NCBI RefSeq assembly: GCF_964204645.1
Contig: NC_134029.1
Coordinates: forward strand, 14,626,950-14,690,949
DNA length: 64,000 nucleotides
Direction of reading: 5' to 3'
Source: Tubulanus polymorphus
Taxonomy: Eukaryota; Animalia; Nemertea
The translations under genes and the position numbers were made by a program. Each line of letters opens with the position of its first letter. Position 1 is the first letter of the stretch. Below the pieces are notes generated by a model, which searched no databases, was not told the origin of the DNA, and saw only the letters and a list, made by a program, of their open reading frames with translations. Of this stretch, positions 14,201 through 29,200 are shown in pieces.

Positions 14201-17200
14201 GTTATACCTGAGACAGGTATTTTTGATCAGCCAATTATGACGCAATTGGCAGCCATCTTGGTGCCATCAGTACTTATTTGTAGGTGGGAAAAAGTTTTTC
14301 CACATTATGTTGATACCTGAGCATATTTTGTTACCACAATGAATTAGAAAGTTGTAGCTCATAACGTGTGCTATGATTTTTGTGAGTTTCAAGGTCATTG
14401 GATTTTTTATATGGCCACCAGGGGGTATTGAATAATACAATAACTTAGTATTTCTTTATTTTATTTATACCTGAATATATATTGTAATAATTATATATGG
14501 TATAATTTATACCATATATATGAATATTTTGTTACCACAATAAATTGCAAAGTTGTTGCTCATAACTTCGTCTATGATTGTGGTATGTTTTAAGGACATT
14601 AGTTATTCTATTTGGTCACCATGGGGCGTTGAAAAGTAGAATAACTTAGTTTATCCTCAAGCGTGAGTCCAGCATATGGATAAGAGAGTGTTATATACTT
14701 GTATTCAGTTAATACCTTGTGGATTTGACAACGATCATCGGTATGTACAGTAGGAAATATGGAGTATTTATAAATGGTTAAAGCCTGCGGCCAAATAAAG
14801 ACACTACAGTTTTCCGCTACATCTCTTCGGCATGTTTTGTTTAGGCCTACGACTCACCGGTACTCTAATGATTTATCCTAGTAAATACATAGTAAATTTG
14901 GTAAAGAAAAATAGGTATTGTTAAACTAACTGCTTGAAACCCGCGGGCAGATAACTGGTAGTAATAAATTTATTTGTACTTGATTTAATTCTCATGATGA
15001 GGAGAAACTCACAGCTGATCCTGGAACGACGATGTAGAGACACATGTCAATTCGTCAATGTTTACGGCTCGACAGTGCTTTTAAGATCTAGAGCAGAGAA
15101 TTTCTTGTGTATTGGTTATATGATTTGATGAGGAAAATGGGTAATAGTTAAAAATAGAAAATGAATGGCTGAATGATTTGTCGGTGGTGAATTGATTTAT
15201 CAAAATACGCCTGAGTATTTGTTGATCGAAGTGAGCTGAAGGATATCATATGGATTGTATCGGCAACAGTAGCAAGGTTACAAAGCCTATGTTCTTTAAG
15301 TGAAAATAGTGTGACATAAAATGAAAATAATAAGAAACACGCGAATCTCAATAGGGTTTTCTATGAAGTAACAGAAAACCCAAATAATCACGCGAAGCTC
15401 AATAGGGTTTTCTTTGAAGACACAGAAAACCCTAATTACCAGTGAAAAGTTTTAGCTCATGCGAATCTATGAGAAAGTAAACCCAGAAAACAAGCATATT
15501 TTAAAATTAGGACAGTATTGAATTCTAAATTACATTTCAGCACAAGTGATGACATATATATTTGTTATACATGTAATTGTAATTGATACGTTTATAAACA
15601 TTGATCCAGTCTTCCCGTAGAGGCGGGACTTGTTACTTTCCCCAAGCTGGAACTTCCGATTATCTCGATGAAGTCTCAAGGACCTCTTGCTACTGATAAG
15701 TAGTCGAATCTGGGTGAAGATACATTTTTTGTTAAAAATAAAGAAAAATAATAATCACGACGATTACAATAGGGTTTTCTGTGAAACGACAGTATACCCT
15801 TATTATAATAATGATAACTGTCTTTTCCACCGTGGAAAGTTTCTGTGTGGTCCAAAATGTCTGGAATTTTATGTTTTTCTCAAGGAAGTTTCAAGGTTCA
15901 TGCACCAATTGTTAATATTTTAAATCATTTGATTTCATTTCAGTGCTTGGATTTTCAGTGGTATCAAACAGGTGTCATTACCGCTGCATTTGATGTCGCA
16001 ACCTTGTCCTGGAATATGAATGGTAAGTATTCTGGGCTTTTTTGTCTGTATGTAGCTGTTGCTGCCATAGGGGAGGGTGACATGATTTTGGCACAGTTCT
16101 TAATGCATCGAGTGATGGGATGCCTAATGTGGCACATCGTATATCAATGGTTGAATGGTTCCTGACACCAGTTTGTTTACTTAATTTTGATTGGTTAGGC
16201 GAGGAGTTTATGTTAATTTGTGCCATTTATGGAGACAAAGACTCGAGTGTACTAGCTGCTGGAGCATTACTATTTAATACAAGGTTTGACCTAGTTTTCA
16301 AATGGTTTACTATCAATTACTATTGTATAAACGAATTAAAGAACAGCACATTCTTAAGCAAACAAAAACGGCTTTAATCATCCATCATATCCTTGAAAGG
16401 TTGATATGTAGTGTGAAAATACGCAACATTTACTCTTTGTACCCAAATTTGGCACTCTGGGTCATCAAATCAATGGCAAGTAGTACCTAAATTCGGCATG
16501 GCGAATAAAGGTACATCTTCTGCTGAATCTTTGTCACTCACTAACTACAACTCTGAGGAAAAGGGAAAAAGAAAAATAATAATAATCACGCGAATCTCAA
16601 TAGGGTTTTCTGTGGAAAAACTGAAAACGCTAATAATTTTGAATATCTAAAAGTCTAATATTTGAAAAATAATTCAAAAATAATTCATTTCAATCAAAGG
16701 ATAATTGGATCAAATGTTCTCAATATTCAAAAAAGTTAAAATCAATTAGAAATAATTGAAAAACTAATTCATCTTAATCAAACATTAATTAGATGAAGTT
16801 AAATGATTTAAATATCCAAAAGTAAAATATTTTGAGAATAATTGAAAAAATAATTTACTTAAAACAAATATTTATTAGATAAAGTTAAATGTTTTCAATA
16901 TCTAAAAGTTTAATATTTTAAAAATAATTAAACAAGAAATTTCAATCAAATAATTGTAGATCAATATTAAATTAGATGTTTCACCTATTCAAAAGTTAAA
17001 ATCGATTAAAAATAATAAAATCATTATTAAATAAGGTTGAATTATCTGAATATCAAAAAATTTGATATTTTAAAAATAATTGAAATCCTTGGATAATTGA
17101 AATTAATTCTGATCATATAATTTTTCAATTAATTGTTTAATATATTCAAAACGTTAATATCTATTAGAGATAATTGAAAAAGAAAATTAAGATGAAAAAA

Positions 17201-20200
17201 ATAATTGAATTAAGTTAAATGTTTTGAATATTTTAAAACTAAATATCCAATAAAAGTAATTGAGAAAAATTAATAATTTTTCTTGAATAAATGAATAATT
17301 TCATACCAACCGCAAAAAGTGATTTAAAACATTATCTAATTCCAGGAGCTTTAATATTAGCTGTATTATACTTTTATTATGAGAATATTAGAAAAGATTT
17401 GATAAATGAAAATATCGAGAAATTTAAAGAATCAAATTTTAAAAACGGAAATAATAAAAAAAACGGAAATACTCATAAGAAAGTTGTTGAATCAGATGAA
17501 TTAATGAATTAATCAAATACATTTCTTGTACTTGAATGAGTGAAAATAGACTAAATTTATTAAATCTTGTTTACAGAAATCAAGAGAAAATGGAAATTAA
17601 TTATTATAATTTCAGGATTATTTTCTTTTTCAGTTTATAGTTTGAAACAATTGTTTCATTTTTAGGATGATTGTAAAATTAAATATGTCGAATTAAGAAA
17701 TAACATCATTTATATTTCAGATAGAATGAATAATATCAAAAGATTAAAACTAAGTTTATTATTGTATTTAAAGATCACTCTTCGGTCACTAAATAAACAA
17801 CTTATCTTTAAATACAATAATAAACTTAGTAACATATTGATTAATAACAAACCGAAAACCGAATCCCTAAACTGTGGAATTTATAAAATACCTTGTAAAG
17901 TTTGCGACAAAGTATATATAGGAGAAACAGGTCGGAATCTTAATCAACGCATAAAAGAGCATAAATTAGATGTAAAAAACTTTAAACCTGAAAGCGGAGT
18001 TGCTAGTCATGTTTTTCAGACTTCACACAATTTTGATTTCGCTAATGCTGAATTAATTTACCCTTGCAGCGATAAAACTAGAAGACATATTTTGGAATCT
18101 GCATTAATTATTGAAAATTCGAACAACGTTGTAAACCTTAACAATGGTTTTTCACCCCATAATAAACTTATATCAAAATTCCTCTGTAAACTGGTTAAAC
18201 TCAACACTTGATTTCCCCTTTGATTATTTGTTATTTGTTCTCTCATCAATTTCGTCTCTGACTTAACTTGTATTCACCTTAGTTTTAATTTAAGTGCCCC
18301 CTAGTTTGTCTTTCTTTTTACTACTGACTTTAAGTTTCATTTATATTTATACTCACTTTTGTTGTTTATAATCACCCCTTAGTTTGCTTCCCTTTAATCT
18401 ATTTTAGCGTGTAACTGTTTCTACGTTAATTTTCCTTTAGTTTGTATCATCTCTGATTACTTGAATTAGTCTCTTTGTCTCTGGATTGTATATATATCTC
18501 ATAATTTCTGTAGTATCTCATTATTCCTGAAGATGACTATTAGGATATAGTCGAAACGTTGAAATAAACTACTATCTCGAAGTTTCATTTTCGGACTTTT
18601 TATTATCATTGTGGGATTCTCTCCTCATTGCGTCAACACGGATATAGTGTTCTACCAATCGTGAACGTTACTTCCGTGTTGTTGAAAATCTCGCGAGTCC
18701 TGGACCAAACCCCATTGAACAATGTGATCTGTGTGCTGGCCACAAATGCACACAGATCACACTAAAGTCTATCCCAGTGGTTATGACCGCGGCATTTCAC
18801 TCTCAAAGAGCCAGTATCAACAACAATTTAATTTGATACTGACAGCTTTAAGTGGTCAAACTCACCATGAGCATCGCTGACTCGCTGGACCCCAGCTGCT
18901 TGTTACAATGGTTACAGGCAAGAGTGAATAAAGAGCAAAACTTTTCCACACTTAATCCAAGAAAATGAAGTAATAAGCAATGAAAATTCAGTTTTGAAGT
19001 CTTGTTGCATTCAAGAGTGAATATTTTCGCTGGATGCTGAAGTCAGTGTTTACATTATGAAGTGTCAAAACCAATTTCCAAGTTGAAAGATTATATTTAG
19101 ATGGTGTTTCAAGCAAAACAACACCACTCGACTCATGAGATGATTCCAGATTATATATGCTCGCACTCTGAGGAATTAATAGATGTGCAAAATCAATCAG
19201 ATTGAATTTGCCACATGACATGATTATTCCCAAAATGAAACTAAAAATCCAAGAAAGTATTTTGTAAAATTATAAAAATTGGAATTTTATATCCTTTAAT
19301 GAATGGCCAGTTGATGGTATATTATTCACTCTTGAATGCAGTAGTCACTTGACCTCAATTACTCGTAAGGCTGAGTGATAGAAACCACAGGGATCCTGAT
19401 ATGTTAGTGTAACAACTCTTTGATGCACCGCGGTCATAACTTCTGGGATAGACTTTACACTACCCATTACACACTCCAGTACCCACAGCTTTCTTATATC
19501 CATCCAAATATTTAAAGTGTCTTTCTGCCTGGATCGTTGTGGTTGCACAGAGAGTATGATTTTACATTTGTACTGTTATTTTAGGTTCACGACTCCTTAC
19601 TGCTGGGGATGTCATGCAAATGTGGAGGTGCCCTGAAACAGAAGATGAAGACCTACCTAGTGGAAATGTTCATTTCCATTTAGGTGAAGAATCTAACCTC
19701 CTTGATTGGGATTGTCTGTGGCAGTGCAGGTGACAATTTTTGTTTTTTGATTTAATTGCCTGAAACATTCTAAACTCGATGTTCAAGTAAGTCTGTCATC
19801 ACTTTGGTAGAGCAATCTCTTAAACTACTGGCTCTCTTTTTTAACTTCATACATATATCCCAATACCATAGAAGCGATACCAATAAAAACCTCTTTTTCT
19901 AATGAGTAAAAAAGGTTTTAATGATGGATGTTGTAATCTACAGTATCTTTATTTATGAAAATCCACAATGTAACATGTTTGTGAGTATTCTAATTTTCTA
20001 GGAGTTCTTTTTGAGCTGTCCCCCAAAAAAATGATCCCACCCAGTGGACCCCCCTCTTTCAAAAATCGGTAGTTTAATCTTTCAGCACTATTTCATGGCT
20101 ATGACAATTAACTACTGCTTTTTGAAGTTTCAGTGCCCTATATAAAATAGGCCTAGTTAGGAAGTTCCAATGATTTAATGAGTAAATTTCATTCACATGC

Positions 20201-23200
20201 AAATCATCAGTCGCACAGTATAATATTTTCACTCCCTGTTGTGCGAACATACTACAGAAATATATAGATATGGGGAAAAACCGGGACTGCAGCATGCTCT
20301 CACAAAGGAGTGAGAACCTTCAATAAGGTTTTTTTTTTTAAACTGACTCCCCTGGCCTAATTAACTCCACTCAACAGCACAGCTGGCCTAGCCAACTCAA
20401 CCAAAGCCAAACTGATTTCTTCCGTCTGTCCGCAGCGCAACGTAGTGAGAATAGTATAATATTCTCACTCCCTGTTGTGCGGACATACTACAGAAATATA
20501 TAGATATGGGGAAAAACCGGTACTGCCCAAGGGACGCACCAAACAGTCCGAAAAGACAAGCCATAAAACCCCAGCCAAAGCCAAACTGATTTCTTCCGTC
20601 TGTCCGCAGCGCCACGTAGTGAGAATAGTATAATATTCTCACTCCCTGTTGTGCGGACATACTACAGAAATATATAGATATGGGGAAAAACCGGTACTGC
20701 CCAAGCGACGCACCAAACAGTCCGAAAAGACAAGCCATAAAACCCCAAAACTAACATCCCAAAACCCAAACCCAAGCCATAAAGGGGAGTTAGACATTAG
20801 ATCAAAACAGCAATCGCAAAGAAGCAATATTGAGATCATATGTAAAAGCCTTACGGGACTGAACCTCCCTAATCGCTCGAAGATAAAATATGTACACGTG
20901 GAATGGTTTGTAAGCATCATCAACCGCGGTAACATGACCAGAGGGAAGGGAAAGCAACCCCTCAATAGTTAGTTACCCAACGGTAACCACAATCGTCGAA
21001 AATAGAATCCACACCCTCAAAGCAGATCGTACTGTATCCCGAATGTAACTAAAAGGAGTATACTAAACCAACCCCCCAGCCAACATGACCGAATCCATGA
21101 CAAAGGACACTAAGAGGCCCGCGGCTAGAGAATTGAAAACAGGACGCAATCAAACCACGAATTGAAACTGATCGACGATATAACTTTATTACCAGCGATA
21201 ACAATGAACAGGTTTCAGAAGCCAAATCTTTTGCAATTTTATTTCCACCTCGGAAAACGGTAAAAGACAAATTGACCAACAAGCAAAACCCGTGGAATAC
21301 AAGGGCAAACGCAACATGAAGCTGACCTGCCATGAACAAGAAATATGAAAATGCTAAGTTCTGAGTGCTCACGTAAAACTGCAAAAAGTAAGGTATAAGT
21401 CACACGTCACGCACGAACGGAGCAAACTAAATCGTTGAGCGCGACTAAACTCCACGGAAACGAAAATGCGCTAAATACACATTGGATCACTAAAAATTTG
21501 GTCCAAACCCCGCACACAATGGGCTTGAAAAATCTATCCAAACACGTTGGATTTGACCACACCCAGTGGACTACCCCCTATTCCACACACAGTAGAATAC
21601 TCTGGAAGACAGACTCCAAACTACACAAAAGAGGACACACAGTTCAACAAAAGTACATGGTCACGGCACAAAGCCAAGCCGTGAACCACCACAACTGCAC
21701 AAGCACGTCCGACAGCGAGGAAAACCAAAGCCAAACTGATTTCAAACATATATGATATCGAACATGAAAAATTTTTTTTATATTTGTCACTGATAATGTG
21801 TAATACTGGTGTGTAAACTACCGCTTGCTAGTTGCTAGCCTGCACTGTAAATCTCAAGTACCAACCAGTCATCCTGGATGTGTGTTTTTATCTGTTTACA
21901 GTTTTTGCAGCATACAACTTATTTGTACTATTAAATGCTGGATAAGTTTATTGCACTGTCCAATATTGCCGTCATTTGATGGAAACAATTGACAAGATTA
22001 TGGCTAGAAGATGGCAACATATTGTTGTTTATGGTTTCCGACTGACCCTGTCAAAAAGGTGCCGACTGAAAAAATTTTACTTTGCAAAAAAATTCAATCT
22101 TTATTGAACAAATAAAACATCAAATCCAATTCAATTTGTTTTTAGCATAATTCTATTTTATTCTGCATTCAGTCACTAAGACCCAGGGAAAAGATTGAGA
22201 GTTCGGTATTTGTTCCTGCCATCTCTCTCTCTCACAAACACAATCGTACTGTGTAAATTATAGGTATTTACGCAAGAGCTGGGAGTGTATTTTGACAAAT
22301 ATATAAATACTAGCTAAATACCTGTCCAATGGACGGGTCTTAGGATTATAATGAAAGAATGAGATCTAGAAAGCAGTTCTGAAGGTAATGGAGATACGAC
22401 ATAAGTGTTTGGACAAAATTATTATATTGATTTTATTTAAGATTAAAACAAAATATCATTGAAAACGATGTTAATACAATGCATGCAATGGAATAATTAA
22501 TCGAAATAATGCGTTGAGATGTAACACTATTTGCTAAAATTCATAGATAAGAAAATGAATAAGAAATTTGGGTAAAACATGAGTTTAATTAACCATCTTA
22601 TAGAAATATTTCTTGGAAAAGGACATTTTGAGTGTAATGGCTGCTGTCAGATGTAGTCTGTGGCTGATAAATTGTTAGTAGATCCTACGCGAGAAAGAGC
22701 AACATACAGTATACCATGAGAAAAGACAGGATGCGAGAGGTCTAGGCCAACATTTTCAAAGGTTTGGCGTTGAGATTTGTTTATTGTCATTGCAAATGAT
22801 GAACCAGTGCTTCATCTAGTAAAAAATAGAAGAGCGGTCCGCCCCGCCCACGAAAATAGCCGCCCTTGTGCCATTCAGATGTGTCCCATGCTCGCCCTTG
22901 TGCCCTCATCACTTGCAGTAGGTCCGCCATCCTGCCCTTGTCAGTCACGAGTAATGAGTCAGGGCTTTCAAAATAAGCACATCGACGCATCCGACTGTTA
23001 GTAAGTTTCCTGCGACGGCTATGAAATATCTCCTATGATATCAACGATAGTAGCTCATGTGATCAGTGGTTATACTCAAATGTACTGCAGTCAGTGTGCA
23101 TCGTGTGAAAACGTGCCTCAGACGCGTGGCCTAGTTTAAGTTTCCAGGAAATTGGCTGACTTCCAAACTACTGCCAATCATTCTAGCGACTGCCGTTGTA

Positions 23201-26200
23201 AAGCTGGTAGTGTATATTCGATAGATTGTTTCGTTTTGAACACATCGTGATGCTCTGGATCTTTTTATCTAGACTATTAGACAAATTTTATATATACAAG
23301 GTGAAAAACTTTGTTCGGTGAACTCACAGAGAGACTCGCACAGACAATTAGTTTGAGTAGCCTAATAGCAATAATGTGTTCTTAAGCTGGCTGCTTACCA
23401 ATCATCAACAGTTACTTGCCAATCACTAACACTATCAATTTAAATCAATTAATTTGATATTTCTAAGATTAAAAATATGCAATTTCATGTAGGTCTATAC
23501 ACTATTGCTGGCTCTTTTCCGCTGTATTTGCTACTTGAGATTGCTTTTTCTGCAATTTTTTTGTCTGCAACTGGTTTTCCAAATCATTTTGAAATCCCTA
23601 TCTAGATTAACTTTTGTTCATTGACAGGCATAGGTGTAAGGATGTACTGTGGTCAAGTGTGTCACTCATGGCAAAATCAGAGTTAAACATAGTTTCTAGT
23701 CCTAAATCATAGTAGGGGGTACCTCGATTCTATGCAATAGGGAACATTGCAGTTTGCCCCTAAAACAGACGTGAGCGCGTTAGTATGTGCCCTTGCTCCG
23801 ATGGAATCACGCACAAAAATGCCCTTATTTGAAATCAGCACCCTGCCCTTTTTTAATGCTAGATGAAGCACTGTGAACGCACAGGAAATTGTAGACGTTT
23901 GAACTGAAATGGAAGGTCACTGTCTGTTGGAATAAGTGGTATTCTGGGGATGAAAGTATTTGTACCAGCTGCTGGGCCTGTTATGATTGTGGCTTCTATA
24001 ACATTTGGCAGTAGTTGTCTCATAACCTGTCTTCAGAATAAGTTTGTGTGGAGGTATTCAAGGTAGATCTACAGTGTTTAGAAACTCAACTGGAAAGTGT
24101 ATTGCCTCCTCATCAGTTAATGCAGTGTCTATAGAGTCATGAGATATAGCTGTTCCTGGTAAAATTGCCGCCACTCGGGCATTAATCTCATCGACAGTTT
24201 CATTAATAGGAGCATGTATAGCTTTGTTGGCAAGCCAATCACATTGATATCAAGCGGCAAATGAATGGTGTCAGGTGGAGATGTTACTGGGTATGTACCA
24301 GATCCAATTTGTATCAGTAAATTTGAAAAAGATTCAGCAGTTGGACTGGCTGATGCACGAAGATTTGTTGTCAACTGGTATATTGAGACATGCTTTCAAA
24401 GATAAGAGTTCTTAAGAGAAGCATCTAAGATGTTGGCACGGGTCCCACGACGTACAACAGGCAGTATCTGGTGAAAGTCACCAGCAAGCAAGAATGGAAT
24501 ACCACCCGTTGGTAGTTTGCAGTCTGTTATTTCTTGTAGCGTTCTATCAAGTGCTTCCAGGACAGCTTTATGAAGCATAGGAGCCTCATCAACTATAATG
24601 ATTTTTGTCTCGCGTATCACTGTGGCTAATGCAGATGATTTTGTTATATTGCATGTTGGTTTATCACGCGGGTGAACATCAAGTGGGATCTTGAAAGTAG
24701 AGTGCAAAGTTCGATCACCAAACAGCAACGTAGCAGCTATACGGCTAGACGCTGTGGCAAGGGCAATATAACAGTTTGCACGCACTTTGGCTAGAATTAG
24801 GTTGATAAGGAATGCTTTACCCGTGCCACCTGGTGCATCAAGGAAAGCAATGCCTCCCTGAGTCGAATTAGATGGACTGCAATACTTAGTTAAAGGCATG
24901 TGCCTGTTGAGTATTAAGTTTAATTTCATTTTCCTGTTCATATCTGCTTTGTTCAATGGGATTATATGATATCTGTTGTACATATACTCGAGGCAAAGTA
25001 GGCAAAACACTGTCGGGAATGAGTAGGCCATAATAGTCCAGACTTTAATTAGAAATGCGCAACACCAACATGGCAACATCATGCAAAGCAGCATTGTACA
25101 TGTGCAATGCATAAGGGAGGGCAGTGTTATTTGTTGTGTGTCGCTCCCGGTTGAGGATATCTTCGGTCATATCATCATGGAACTGCTGCCAAAGCGCATT
25201 TGCATCACTTACGTCGCAAGAAGTGACCATTACAGCAAAAAGTGTACGTAGTCCTGATGGTGACTTGAACGAAGTTGCCTCTCTCAAGCAGTGCACTAAA
25301 TGGCTGTCACTCTCTATGAGGCCACGCTTCAAACACGTTTCACAATAGGAAGGATATGTAGTGCCGTCGTAGTATTGGAGGTCTGTGAAAAACTTAGGAC
25401 CACGGACGTGATGAAGCAGTAATCGTAGGAAGTAGCATAAATACACGGCCGATACATGGGGCATAAAATATTCCCGGTGTAGTGGCATGGGGAATTCCGT
25501 GTTTACTTCTAGACCATCTTTTAGTAGATTTGTTCCAAGTGTAATACTGTGGAATTTCATTGTAGAGTAAGGTTTCAGCAAATTGATCATTAGAACACAG
25601 TGTGAAAAATTCTGTAAGGATAGTACGTGGAGGTCCTTGAGTTGCAATATGCTGTGCATTTTTTTCAGTGAAGTAGACTCTCTGACCATTTTCGAGGTGA
25701 ACAATTAGACCCTTTTGATACAGTTGTCATGGCAACAGACACCAATAACAATAATGAAGAACCAGAAAATGTCCATCCTCAAAGTCACGTATATCCAAAT
25801 AATTTGTCTTATTTGTAAATATTTGTATATTGGTGGAGAGTTGGTAAATGAGTGGAAAAATAAATTTTTTAGTTGTTCTATTTAGTTAGGATACATGGCA
25901 TACAATTTCAGTTGGAATTGAATAGATCAGTGCATTTTGCTGGGAGACAGAGCAGTTTATCTGAAACTTTTTCGTGAATTTTTTTCATGGCTGCCATCTA
26001 GGAGTATGTGACCTTGACCTCAAGTACACTTATATCCAAATTATTTATGTCTACATTGTTGGCCCAAAAGTTATCAACAACATGGTATATAAATTTTCTG
26101 TGTCAGATACCTTGGTAACTATTCTATGAAGTTTCAAATATACCCCTATAAACCCCTAAATTCCCTCCGGTACAGCAGCGGAGACACTTTGTGGTATTGA

Positions 26201-29200
26201 AAAGGTTAATGACTATGTCGTGAAGTGAAGGGTCTTAAGATTTCGAGGGTATTTCAGCTGAAACAAAAGCATCGATATCATCAGGCCGGATTTTGCTAGA
26301 GGGATGCAACCAAATTAGAACGTGCGCATGGGGTAGGCCTCGTTTTTGTTACTTAATGTAGTAAAGCCATGCATTGACATTGCCAAAAGCGGTGGTTCTC
26401 AGATAAAGCATTACTTTCTGCAATTTCAGACGGAAAACGCGGGCTACAATATTTTGTTGATCATTTACCGTTTGTCGAGTAGCTAAACAGGAGGTGATCT
26501 CGGCCATTTTGGATTAGTGGTCATTTAATAAAAAGATCTGGTTTCCCATACTTTTGCACATAAGCTATGGCGTCCATTTGGCGCTCATACCTGGGTCCCC
26601 TCGTAAACATGGCAGGTAGAATCACGTGGGCACCAACATTCCGCGGATGACCGTCAGAATGTAGAAGAGAGTCCCTGAATTCTTGGTATGAATCAGCTAT
26701 TAGACTTTTTTGTTCACGTCGTAGAAATTTGAGTCTTTCAGTTTTGATTTCACAATAGATATCCACCAGAAATTGCCGGAACAATCTGCGACAAAGTAGG
26801 AGATGATTTAGCTGTTGATTCCTTGCCATCAAGTGGTAACTGTAGTATTGTGATAGTGAGAACTTCTGCCCAGATTCATTTGTAATGTAGATATTATAGC
26901 CGTTCGAACTATACGGGAACAGAATTGGGTATTGAAGGGAGTTGTATGCATGGTGTAATGTTGAAATATGTTGCAGAGGTCCGGCTCTCTTACGTATTGT
27001 GATGTCTCGACAGTTGGTTGGCTCATTTGGCATTAAAACACCGACTTCCTGGTAGGAAGCAGCATTGAACCCATGTTGATGCTCACCTGTCGGACCTTTA
27101 TCTTTCTGAATAACTATACAAAATTCATCGCAGAAATCAGAAGATTTAAGGTACTCATAAGCAGAAATAAAGTCGCGTACATAAACATTGTACAATTCCA
27201 ATTCCAATTCTTCGGTCAAATTGTTAATGATATCTGGTTTAAGGCAATTAGCTATTCCCAAGCGAAATTGTAGTTGACTATGCTTATTGTCTACAAAGTA
27301 TACTTGTAGAAATTTTGGTGGATGGTCAAGAGCACCGATACGGTGAGAAACTTGGCCATGCACTGTAAATGTGAGATTCCAGCCACTGATGTTCGGAGAA
27401 TTACATCCAAAGCTTGTCATTTGAGATGAGCAATTGTAGGAACGTATGTTGCTGAGGAAATGATTTGAATATTGGTCTGTGCCGTTGATCAAATTCCTCA
27501 GATAAGTGGGAGGAAGAGGCAATGATCATTTTCCAGACAAACAACATAGAGAGGGGGTTTCAATGGGAAATTTTATAGCCCCACACTGTTTACACACTGT
27601 TTTCATGTTACCGACAGACATCAAACCTATGGCTTGTGAGCTATCATATATATCATATATTTTCGCAAGGGGTTCAAAAGTTACGATTACTTAATGTCTG
27701 TACTGGTGCCTCAGTGTCTTGTCCCTCTGGTTCATTCAACTGCATTCGTCTATGTGTGCTCCTAGATGCTGTTCCATATCCAATTCGTTTCCGCGTAGGA
27801 GTTTTAGGCATTATGAAGCAGAAAGATTGTTAAAACTGTAAAAAAAATTTGAACAAAGGATGTTGTAATCTATTAATGTCATCTACTCGTATTCATTTAT
27901 TGGAATAAAGCTTAAATACAGAAGTATAAAAATAAGAAAATTGTAAAAAAATGAAATGACATAAGGTCATTATGAAAATAAGTTTCGCAAAATGTGTCGC
28001 TAACAGTTATGAACAGTGTATTTATATTGATTCTAAGCCGCACACAAAGTGAAGTCATTGACATTGTCATTGTCAAAGGTGCTAGAATGATCAGGCACCA
28101 AGCTGTTTGCAAGTTTTGTTTTCAGTTTCGCAAGTTTCGCTTTCGTGTTCGTAAAATTTTCGGGGCTGGGTGTTTTAGCTGATATCAGGTTCTCTTGCAG
28201 ATTGTTCATATAAGCGTAGAGCTTGTGGCGGAAGTCTGGCAGTTTACTATTTACTGATGCGAAATTTTTCTCCATGTACTCACACTGAATGATAGCAATG
28301 TCTTTGATTATTTCCGTGTGAAATTGTTGATGCTTTGTAATGATAGACCTTAGCTGACAGTGTGTGGGTGGCAGAGAACTTATCTGAAAAGAAGGGAAAT
28401 GTAATATGTATAGATAATTTAAAATTCATTGAAGACATGCAAAAATAATAAGGCCTGCCTGTTGTTAGACAATTTACAGGGGTACCGGTATCAGAATGGG
28501 TAGTAGTAAAACACACGTTATTAATTAATTCATGTATGATCATTTTGATTTTGAACTTGATTTCATTATGAAATTGTCATGGTTCATTAGCTTACATAAA
28601 TGAATTGCATTGTGACTGTATTTTTACTTAACGAACATAGGCCTAAACGATATTCAATCCTACGCCTAAATTTAGCGCAGTAACCTGACCCAATTCCCGC
28701 AATGAACCGATCTTTATACCGCACAGCCACTAAACAAGATGTAAACTATCATTTGTTATTTCGGCATTGTATATTCTGCTATTGTGATAGGCTGTTTTGA
28801 CTATTCTTATTAAAATATAGCTATAAAAACCTACCTTTTGTTCAGAAATCCTTCGTTGTAGATAGTACAGAGACACGTGGTTAAGGAATGCGGATGTAAA
28901 GAAGCGCTGAGCGGGCCAATAAACCTATAAATCTTTGTTACCCTGTTACCAGGGTTCAAAACAACCGTTAAAAATTGGTTTATATTAGTCGTATAACCAA
29001 TGAGCTTATCTGTTAGATGGCGAAGTCGGTCAGTGAATGTACATTAGTTCGGTACTTAGCTGTAAAGATGGCGATCACATCTGTTTTACAGAATTTTTGC
29101 CCTGGCTTAAAATGAATATTGTGACTCCCTCGGAAAATCAATCTTCTTAAAACATGTAACTCGACAACGGGAACAGCTGGCATTAAGCATCAGTAAAAAG

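Noticed and set aside
14993-15015. Second hammerhead (tgatgag...gaaac; also at ~63460)
   Set aside because: Only 2 nt between the boxes, so no stem II, and the core starts with A instead of C
17726-18211. Functional Maverick-Penelope fusion gene
   Set aside because: Only ~6 codons come from the Maverick ORF, which is frameshifted and has a stop upstream; best read as a 5'-truncated PLE abutting a Maverick fragment
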